Of a DNA stretch of 13,326 nt, positions 1-6,652 are shown in pieces. The position numbers were made by a program, and so were the translations under genes. Position 1 is the first letter of the stretch. Each line of letters starts with the position of its first letter. The stretch covers positions 1 through 13,326 of the forward strand of contig JAAYPW010000019.1 in the NCBI GenBank assembly GCA_012519615.1, given 5' to 3'. The notes below the pieces were generated by a model that had not been told where the DNA came from, made no database searches, and saw nothing but the letters and a program-made list of their open reading frames with translations. This stretch comes from Fusobacteriota bacterium. GTDB taxonomy: Bacteria; Fusobacteriota; Fusobacteriia; Fusobacteriales; JAAYPW01.

Positions 1-30
1 ATTTATATTTAATATCCATCTTTTTTTATT

Positions 31-1014
31 TTAATTTACAATTTGTAATTCTTTCATCATATTTTCAAGCTTATTTTTATCAATTATACCAATTTTTATT
101 ACTTCACCATTATAATTCATCTCTATTTCACATTCACCTTTTATTTTTGAATATCTAGAAAAAAGTTCTTTTGCAAATGTAATATCATTTTCTTCAAAAT
201 CTCCTATCCCAATTATATAAGGCCCTGGAACTTTATGTGTTGTTATATAGATACTTCCATATTCTTTATATTTAGATAACTCTTGATTAGATTCCTCATC
301 ACGCCCCACAAAAATATATTTTCCAGTATTCAGTTTATACATTCTAGTATTTTTTGCTAAATAAAATAGATAATCTTTATGAAAATTGTTATCATCTTTT
401 ATAATTTTTAATCTTTTACTGTAGTTAGGCTCTGTAAGTAGACATCCGCCACCGGGACTAGGGTAATGAACAAGATTATATTTTTTTGCAAGTTCTATTT
501 GTGGTGTACGATTACGTCCATTGAAATTTAGTAATTTTTCTCTACTGATCCATCCCATTTTTTCAGGTATGGTTTCTTCCATTAATTGACCTGATAGTGG
601 TCTTACCACATAACCTGTTGTTCCAGATAATTTATCTACCCTTTTAAGAGCAATTCTATTTTGTGACATTGGTCTTTGACCTAAAACTTCACCTGTTATT
701 ATAAAATTTGCTCCATATTTTTCTAAATTTTCATACGCAATTTTTATCATTAACCCATGACAATCAATACATGGATTCATATTTTTACCATAACCACATA
801 CAGGATTTAACATCATAAGACGATGTCTTTCTTTAAAATCAATATATTCTAATTGGATTCCTAGCTCTTTTGCTGCTTTTTCCGATCGTTCATTCTCACC
901 ACCAAAAAAATAGGAAACAAAATTTAATCCTATAACTTCAATTCCCTGTTCTTTAATTACTTTTACAGCAAGTGAACTATCTAATCCACCTGAAAATAAT
1001 GCCAATGCTTTCAA
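31..1014 (-). CDS. PP-loop (adenine nucleotide alpha-hydrolase) superfamily ATPase, ThiI/MnmA-like putative tRNA sulfurtransferase; about 150-aa C-terminal extension of unknown function
   Basis: N-terminal SGGLDS PP-loop motif within MKALALFSGGLDSSLAVKVIKEQGIEVIGLNF, which resembles the MnmA/ThiI N-terminus (KEQGxEVIGL). A CxxC (NPCIDCHG) follows, then ITGEVLGQ, which is like the ThiI GESLGQ segment. The start codon is TTG, because an in-frame TAA lies two codons upstream. The SD AAGGAGGA sits 32 nt upstream. Confidence 0.7.
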   Translation of the reverse strand: MKALALFSGGLDSSLAVKVIKEQGIEVIGLNFVSYFFGGENERSEKAAKELGIQLEYIDFKERHRLMMLNPVCGYGKNMNPCIDCHGLMIKIAYENLEKYGANFIITGEVLGQRPMSQNRIALKRVDKLSGTTGYVVRPLSGQLMEETIPEKMGWISREKLLNFNGRNRTPQIELAKKYNLVHYPSPGGGCLLTEPNYSKRLKIIKDDNNFHKDYLFYLAKNTRMYKLNTGKYIFVGRDEESNQELSKYKEYGSIYITTHKVPGPYIIGIGDFEENDITFAKELFSRYSKIKGECEIEMNYNGEVIKIGIIDKNKLENMMKELQIVN

Positions 1015-1021
1015 TTTTATT

Positions 1022-1054
1022 TATTTAGTAAAATTTATACTAAATATCCTCCTT
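1022..1054 (-). promoter_or_regulatory. 5'UTR element: SD AAGGAGGA (1047-1054) directly followed by a perfect 9-bp hairpin (1022-1030 / 1038-1046, 7-nt loop), then AAUAAAA and the UUG start
   Basis: Read directly: the arm TATTTAGTA pairs with TACTAAATA. There is no NTG start candidate between the SD and the TTG at 1014. If the stem forms, the effective SD-to-start spacing is 7 nt. Confidence 0.6.
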
Positions 1055-1073
1055 TATTCTATATTTTATTTCG

Positions 1074-2204
1074 TTAGTCAGAATAGTATTTTAAGATAAA
1101 TACTATAGCCGCTGATATAGCAAATATAAATATTGTAAATAGTAATATTTTAATAATAGAATATGGTCTTGTACCGTATATTTTACCTGTTGCACCATTA
1201 ACATAATATTTATATAATTTATTTTTATATTTATATGTTGATAACCATATTGGAAGTAATAGATGTTTATATAAAACTTGATTATAATTTGTATTTTTAT
1301 AAGTAATATTACATATATCACCACCAACTTTATTAATTATTCCTTTTTCTATCCCAATATCTACATCTATTTTTGCAGTATTCCACCCTGTTTCTAGATT
1401 AATTGTGTACCGCTCAGCGAGAAAGCCTGATAAAAATTTAGGATTGTAATTTATAAGTTGCTTTAAATTATAATCATTTATCTCTTTTATTGTTGTTTGA
1501 TGTATATTTTTCGATGCACTTACCAAAATATCATCAAAATATCTTGTATAATTTCCAGAAACATATGTCCATCTTATTTTTTGCTCTGTTTTCGTAACTT
1601 TCTGACCATTTTCATATGTTGTGTGTGTTACATAGTAATAATCACCGCGAGTTGCATTATATATTGTTGTTGTATCAGCATCATATGTCCAAAAAGGTAT
1701 ATATACCCCTTGTAATGAATCTGATTCAGCGAACATTTTAAGATTATTGGGTGCAAACCATAATTTATTAATCCACTCTTTATATCTCTCTTTTGCTTCT
1801 TTTTTCTCTATTTTAAATGGTATTATTGTTTCTGGAGTTATCATATCATCTTCATACATTTCATCGCTAACTATATGAGATGAACCACAAAATGGACAAA
1901 ATGACGCTTTTGTAGATGTATCTATATTATTTGTGGAACCACAAGATTCGCATTTTAAAATACGCATCTCAATTCCCCAATCGCGACTTTTATTAGAAAT
2001 CCCTTTCATAATATCGTATTCTTTTATATCGTCTACAATCTCAAATTCAAACTCCTCTTCTGTGCTACAATACGGACATTTCATTGTATGATTTTTGGGA
2101 TTAAATTCCAAATTTCCACCACACGATTTACATGTATAAGATATATGTTCCTCTTTAATTTTTGCTTTTTCTAATTCATCATCATTTAGATTATTTGTTT
2201 CCAA
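1074..2204 (-). CDS. Tail-anchored double zinc-ribbon protein (possible YdjG/YdjH-like partner of the SPFH protein)
   Basis: Two CxxC-x14/15-CxxC zinc ribbons at the N-terminus (CKSCGG..CPYC and CESCGS..CPFCG). A cysteine-free Tyr/Trp-rich central domain follows, then a single C-terminal TM helix (IIKILLFTIFIFAISAAIVFIL). The TTG start lies 8 nt after the stop of the upstream SPFH gene, and the SD AGGTGA overlaps that stop, so the two genes are translationally coupled. Confidence 0.6.
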   Translation of the reverse strand: METNNLNDDELEKAKIKEEHISYTCKSCGGNLEFNPKNHTMKCPYCSTEEEFEFEIVDDIKEYDIMKGISNKSRDWGIEMRILKCESCGSTNNIDTSTKASFCPFCGSSHIVSDEMYEDDMITPETIIPFKIEKKEAKERYKEWINKLWFAPNNLKMFAESDSLQGVYIPFWTYDADTTTIYNATRGDYYYVTHTTYENGQKVTKTEQKIRWTYVSGNYTRYFDDILVSASKNIHQTTIKEINDYNLKQLINYNPKFLSGFLAERYTINLETGWNTAKIDVDIGIEKGIINKVGGDICNITYKNTNYNQVLYKHLLLPIWLSTYKYKNKLYKYYVNGATGKIYGTRPYSIIKILLFTIFIFAISAAIVFILKYYSD

Positions 2205-2212
2205 ATCATCAC

Positions 2213-3352
2213 CTACACTTTAGTCCCACATTCTGGACAAATTTTTGTATTTCCTGTGATCTCTACATTGCAATTTGGACATTGTTTTTGTTGCTTAGAT
2301 CCACACTCTGGACAAAATTTTGTAGTTTCATCTATTAACGCTTTACAAGATATACAGTTAGTCTTTTTTGAACTACCTATTGTTGTACCACATTCAGTAC
2401 AAAATTTAGCATTATTATTTAAACTTGCATTACATTTTGGACAATTAATATTGTTATTATTATTTGCTTGTGGATTTTGATTAATATTATTAGGATTTCC
2501 CATTGATGCACCCATCATCTGACCCATAATATTCCCTGCACCAAATCCCACTCCTGCACTTGCAAATGGATTCCCTTCGTTTTGTGCTGCATCTCTCATT
2601 GCTTCTGCAGCTTGGTATTGTGTATATTTATTTAAATTTCCAAGAGCCTCTATTGATGTTCTCTTGTCCATTGCTTTTTCTACCTCTTCTGGTAATGATA
2701 AATTCTCTATATAAAACGAGCTTAATTCAAATCCCATCTCATTAAATTTTGATTGAAATTTATTTTTTGCTGCTAAACTAAGTTCATCATAATTCATAGC
2801 TAAATCTAGTGCAGGTATTCTTGACTCTGCAATTGCATCTGATACACCTGAAACAATCATTCTTTTTAGGTGCTCTGTAATTTTATCTGTTGTGAAACTA
2901 CCATTTGTACCAAATATCTCCTTTAAGAAAATAACTGGATTCGAAACTTTAAAAGAGTATATACCATATCCACGTAATCTAATTACACCAAAATCTTGGT
3001 CTCGCATCATAATAGGATTAGATGTGCCCCATTTTTGATTTGAGAATTGTTTTGTATTTACAAAGTAGATCTCTGCTTTAAAGGGTGAATTAAAACCATA
3101 TTTCCATGACTTTATTTTTGTAAGAACTGGCATATTTTCAGTTGTAAGAGTATATCTTCCTGGTGTAAATACGTCTGCAATGACACCTTCATTTACAAAT
3201 ACTGCCATTTGAGATTCCCTTACAGTTAGTTGTGCTCCCATTTTTATTTCCTGATTTTGAACAGGAAATCTATATACCATAGTATCATTTGAATTGTCTA
3301 ACCACTCTATTACCTCAATAAGTTGAGATTTAATAAAACTGAATAATCCCAT
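2213..3352 (-). CDS. SPFH/Band-7 family protein (Band_7_1, B. subtilis YdjI-like) with a Gly/Met/Asn-rich linker and three C-terminal zinc-ribbon repeats
   Basis: Hallmark N-terminus MGLFSFIKSQLIEVIEWLD of the Band_7_1 SPFH family. Conserved core YGFNSP...EIYFVNTK...WGT. The C-terminus carries CPKCN..CTECG, CISCK..CPECG and CPNCN..CPECG. Confidence 0.75.
   Translation of the reverse strand: MGLFSFIKSQLIEVIEWLDNSNDTMVYRFPVQNQEIKMGAQLTVRESQMAVFVNEGVIADVFTPGRYTLTTENMPVLTKIKSWKYGFNSPFKAEIYFVNTKQFSNQKWGTSNPIMMRDQDFGVIRLRGYGIYSFKVSNPVIFLKEIFGTNGSFTTDKITEHLKRMIVSGVSDAIAESRIPALDLAMNYDELSLAAKNKFQSKFNEMGFELSSFYIENLSLPEEVEKAMDKRTSIEALGNLNKYTQYQAAEAMRDAAQNEGNPFASAGVGFGAGNIMGQMMGASMGNPNNINQNPQANNNNNINCPKCNASLNNNAKFCTECGTTIGSSKKTNCISCKALIDETTKFCPECGSKQQKQCPNCNVEITGNTKICPECGTKV
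2226..2409 (-). repeat. Intragenic near-identical 24-nt DNA repeats (2226-2249, 2301-2324, 2386-2409) encoding the tandem zinc-ribbon units
   Basis: ccacattctggacaaatttttgta, ccacactctggacaaaattttgta and ccacattcagtacaaaatttagca; each encodes K(F/I)C(P/T)ECG. Confidence 0.6.
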
Positions 3353-3357
3353 ATTAT

Positions 3358-3389
3358 ACTACTAAATTAATTTTAGTAGTTTTCACCTC
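3358..3389 (-). promoter_or_regulatory. 5'UTR element: SD GGAGGUG (3383-3389), then AAA, a perfect 9-bp hairpin (3358-3366 / 3372-3380, loop TTAAT), then AUAAU and the AUG
   Basis: Read directly: ACTACTAAA-ttaat-TTTAGTAGT is a perfect inverted repeat. There is no alternative start codon between the SD and the ATG at 3352. The SD-to-AUG distance is 31 nt linearly and about 8 nt if the stem forms. Confidence 0.6.
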
Positions 3390-3724
3390 CTATATAATAT
3401 TTTATAATATTAATACCTTTATTATATTATTTATCTTTGAAAATTATTACTTGATAATCTCTAAAGATATTATAAAAAAATTTTTTTTTATTCTGTATCT
3501 AGTAAATTATAACATTTTAATTTTTTAATTTCAATAAGAATTTATAATATTAATTTATAAATATTTTTCTTTTAATATATTATTTTTTTAATCATAGATT
3601 AGAAATAATGGACGAATACATATAATTTTTATTTGGTAAAAATCAACTTAAAGAATTATAATGAAATGATATTTATTTGCAATATTTTCATCCAAATATA
3701 ATCATGTACAAAACTAAAATTAAA

Positions 3725-4357
3725 TTATAAATTTAAATAAAAATTATTTATAATATAAGATGATTTAGTAAATTGTATATTTAAATTATAATTTTTATCT
3801 TCATCTGTAATATTACGTATTTTTTTACAAGGTACACCAGCATATACACTATCTGGTTCAGTGTCTTTTAAAACAACAGAACCTGATCCAATTACAGAGT
3901 TTTTACCTATTGTAACACCTGGATTTATGACAACATTCCCACCTAACCAAACATTATCTTCTATTACAATTCTCTGTCCATATTCATATCCTGTATTTCT
4001 TATATCATAATGAATTGGATGTCCAGCTGTTAAGATAGAGCAATTTGGACCGACCATTACATTATTTCCAATTATAACCTTTGCAACATCAAGAATCACA
4101 AGATTATGATTTGAATAAAAATTTTCCCCTAATTCAATATTATAACCATAATCACAAAAAAAATCTGGTTCAATATGTACATTTTCTGACAATTTTCCTA
4201 TTAATTTTTTTAATATTTTTTATTTTTTTGTTTTATTATTTGGAGCACATTTATTATATTTATAACACAATTGTTTAGCATTTTCCCTTTCTTGTAATAG
4301 CACCGGTGAACTCGCTAAATAAGGTAGACCATTTAACATTCTTTCTTTTTCTTCCAC
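3725..4357 (-). pseudogene. maa: Maltose/galactoside O-acetyltransferase (Maa/LacA-like hexapeptide-repeat acetyltransferase) interrupted by an in-frame TAA at 4220-4222
   Basis: GTG start at 4357 with SD GAGGGGG. The N-terminus VEEKERMLNGLPYLASSPVLLQERENAKQLCYKYN... continues in the same frame through TAA into KILKKLIGKLSENVHIEPDFFCDYGYN..., the left-handed beta-helix and GVPCKKIR. The stop aligns with a conserved Gln (RQQIL in E. coli Maa), so a single CAA-to-TAA change is implied. The ORF track shows only the 3' part (3725..4192), starting at a TTG that has no SD. Confidence 0.6.
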
Positions 4358-4460
4358 AATAATTCCCCCTCTATGATAATATAAAATTTAATAATATTAT
4401 TATACAATAAAATTAGAATTTATGATATAATTATATATATTTTATTTTAAGGAGTATAAC

Positions 4461-4922
4461 ATGATAAAAATTTATAAAACTAAATATTGTAAAGAGATGT
4501 TTAAGCTTTTTTACGAAACAGTACATACAATAAATAGTTCTCATTATTCAAAAAAGCAGCTTAGTGTTTGGGCAAAAGATTCTATTGATTTTGACAATTG
4601 GGATAATAAATTTAAAAATTCATATACAATTATATACGAAAAAAATAATATTATACTTGGTTTTTCAAATGTAGATAATAAAGGATATATTGATATGTTT
4701 TATGTTCATAAAAATTTTCAAAATATAAAAATTGGAAAATCTTTATTATTAGAAATAGAAAAATATGCTAAGGATAATAAAATTAGTATTTTGCACACTT
4801 ATTCCTCTATTACAGCTAAAATATTTTTTGAAAGAAATGGATTTATTTTAAAAAATAAAAATACCGTTATTCGTGATAATATTTCACTTGAAAATTATTA
4901 CATGCATAAAGTATTATATTAA
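4461..4922 (+). CDS. GNAT family N-acetyltransferase
   Basis: 153-aa product whose size and sequence character fit the GNAT fold: the basic loop NIKIGKSLL is consistent with a Q/RxxGxG/A-like acetyl-CoA-binding loop, and the C-terminus reads FFERNGF. SD AAGGAG lies 6 nt upstream of the ATG. It is divergent from the maa pseudogene. Confidence 0.65.
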   Translation: MIKIYKTKYCKEMFKLFYETVHTINSSHYSKKQLSVWAKDSIDFDNWDNKFKNSYTIIYEKNNIILGFSNVDNKGYIDMFYVHKNFQNIKIGKSLLLEIEKYAKDNKISILHTYSSITAKIFFERNGFILKNKNTVIRDNISLENYYMHKVLY

Positions 4923-5060
4923 TTTTTATATACATATTCTAGAACTATAGATTTTGAAGTAATGATATCACCTTTTCTAATTTAATTATACAAAAATAAA
5001 ATGTAATTATAAAAAATCTTAAAAACTAAAATATAATTTTAGCCACGGATGGATACAAGT

Positions 5061-5091
5061 TAAAAAAAAGGGCAGATATAAAATCTACCCC
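5061..5091 (-). terminator. Rho-independent terminator on the minus strand, about 160 nt downstream of the dprA stop
   Basis: Minus-strand RNA reads GGGUAGAU-UUUAU-AUCUGCCC: an 8-bp stem with three GC pairs and one G.U, followed by U9 (plus-strand A8 at 5062-5069). On the plus strand the stem has a C-A mismatch and no T-run, so it is unidirectional. Confidence 0.6.
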
Positions 5092-5252
5092 AACAAAATT
5101 AAAATAAAATAGTTATAAAATTAAATAAGTTTAAACGTACATATATAATTTTTTTATAGAAAATATTAAATAAAATAACATTATTAAGTAATATTTAAAA
5201 TTATAGAATGAAATTATAATTTTTAAAATAAAACTTCAGTTTTATATCCTTT

Positions 5253-6320
5253 TTAACATCTAATATATTTAGCACCATTTATACTTTTCACATATCCTTT
5301 TAATTCCAATTCCATTATTATACTTATTGCTTCACTTGTATTGTATCCAGTTTCATTTATTATAGCATCCATAGATTTCTCATCGTATAATATGTTGTAT
5401 ATATTTAATTCATTTTTTGACAATTTACTAATATCTAATTCAATTCCAATATTATTATTTTCCCAATTAAATTCCTCTAAAATATCATAAACTTCTGTTA
5501 CTAATTTCGCTTCACCACGTTTAATAATATTATTACACCCTTCAAATGATGGAAACGATAAATTTCCCGGTATAGCGAATACTTCTCTTGAAAAATCTAA
5601 TGCTAGTTTTGCAGTAATTAAGCTTCCACCCTCTTTTGCTGATTCTCCAACTATTACACCTTTTGCTAATCCTGCAATTATACGGTTTCGTTCAGGAAAA
5701 TTCCAGTTAAATGGTTGGACACCTAACGGATATTCTGAAACAATTACCCCTTTTTCAATTATTTCATCCCATAATTTTCTATTTGATGGTGGATAAACAA
5801 TATCTAATCCAGAACCTACTACTGCAATTACTTTTCCGTTATTTTTTACTGCAGTCTCTAGTGCGACTTTATCAATTCCCAATGCTAGGCCACTTACTAT
5901 TGTAATATTTTCATTTGATAACCCTTCTGCAAATTTTATTACACCATCTTTTCCATATTGAGTCATCTTTCTTGTACCGACAATTGCCATAATTTTATGA
6001 TTGTGTAGTATATTTATATCCCCCTTTGTATATAAAAAAACAGGTGGATTCTCTATTTGCTTCAATATAAATGGGTACTCCTCATCTTTTATACATATAA
6101 TTTTTATTTTCTCATTTATATATTTCATTTTAACATTTAGAAATTCTTCAATTGTTATATTTTGTAGTTTAATAAATTTATCTTTACTTATACTATAGTA
6201 ATTTGATAAATAATTAATGTCCTCATCTATTACATCATTTATATCATCATAATGTTGCATTATAGTTTGAATCTCTATTCTATTAAAATCTGCAATTACA
6301 AGTTTATACCAATCGTTCAT
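5253..6320 (-). CDS. dprA: DNA processing protein DprA (Smf), DNA-protecting protein for natural transformation
   Basis: Rossmann-fold core GTRKMTQYG...IVSGLALGIDKVALETAVKNNGKVIAVVGSGLDIVYPPSNRKLWDEI...GESAKEGGSLITAKLALDFSREVFAIPG, flanked by an N-terminal SAM-like region and a C-terminal winged-helix-like region. Confidence 0.85.
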   Translation of the reverse strand: MNDWYKLVIADFNRIEIQTIMQHYDDINDVIDEDINYLSNYYSISKDKFIKLQNITIEEFLNVKMKYINEKIKIICIKDEEYPFILKQIENPPVFLYTKGDINILHNHKIMAIVGTRKMTQYGKDGVIKFAEGLSNENITIVSGLALGIDKVALETAVKNNGKVIAVVGSGLDIVYPPSNRKLWDEIIEKGVIVSEYPLGVQPFNWNFPERNRIIAGLAKGVIVGESAKEGGSLITAKLALDFSREVFAIPGNLSFPSFEGCNNIIKRGEAKLVTEVYDILEEFNWENNNIGIELDISKLSKNELNIYNILYDEKSMDAIINETGYNTSEAISIIMELELKGYVKSINGAKYIRC

Positions 6321-6329
6321 CTTATTCTC

Positions 6330-6450
6330 TAATAGATTATTTTTCTATTAAATTCCTCCTTTTTTACATATATATTGCCATTTTATTTTTTTTTTCAAAA
6401 AAATGTAAAATAATTTAAAAAAGCTAGAAAAAATAGAGATGGAATCTATT
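6330..6450. promoter_or_regulatory. Two copies of the palindromic motif AATAGA-N7-TCTATT (6330-6350 and 6432-6450) upstream of dprA; the first lies between the dprA SD and its start
   Basis: tAATAGAttattttTCTATTa and AATAGAgatggaaTCTATT share the same half-sites and 7-nt spacer, with centres about 101 bp apart. This is a candidate dimeric regulator operator and/or an RNA hairpin. Confidence 0.35.
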
Positions 6451-6609
6451 CTAATAAAATCAGTAACAAAACAATAATTATATTATAAATAAACATGGAA
6501 TTCTAATATATTATTTTCTTAAGAAAAATATTAAACGAAATAAATTACATTTTTTTATTAAATAATACTTAATAGTTGAATTTTATTACACGATTATATT
6601 GAAATTTAT

Positions 6610-6647
6610 AAAAAAAAGAGATGTTTTTTATACATCTCTCTCTTTTA
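6610..6647 (-). terminator. Rho-independent terminator immediately after the amylase stop
   Basis: AGAGATGT (6617-6624) pairs with ACATCTCT (6632-6639), loop TTTTTAT. On the minus-strand RNA the stem is followed by U8 (plus-strand A7 at 6611-6617). Confidence 0.7.
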
Positions 6648-6652
6648 TATTA

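Noticed and set aside
1103-1715. Short ORFs (74 and 72 aa) inside or antisense to the zinc-ribbon gene, and the similar 61-104-aa ORFs overlapping ORF3, maa, dprA, the amylase and the DUF4914 gene
   Set aside because: All are embedded in or antisense to long, well-supported genes, have Ile/Leu/Phe/Tyr-rich composition typical of AT-rich noise, and lack SDs.
3474-3489. A7T9 tract (aaaaaaattttttttt) about 90 nt upstream of the SPFH gene SD
   Set aside because: It could be an UP element or bent DNA, but homopolymeric A/T tracts are common in a genome this AT-rich. No specific function can be argued from sequence alone.
4220-4222. Possibility that the in-frame TAA in maa reflects stop-codon reassignment (an alternative genetic code)
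   Set aside because: The other genes, including the 1117-aa and 635-aa ORFs, are uninterrupted, and TAA terminates genes here (maa, amylase, DUF4914), so a point nonsense mutation or sequencing error fits better.
5092-5200. 28-codon hydrophobic ORF (MLFYLIFFYKKIIYVRLNLFNFITILF) on the minus strand between dprA and the 5061-5091 terminator
   Set aside because: No SD, and the composition is what AT-rich noncoding DNA yields by chance. It is retained only as a remote possibility within the 3'UTR finding.
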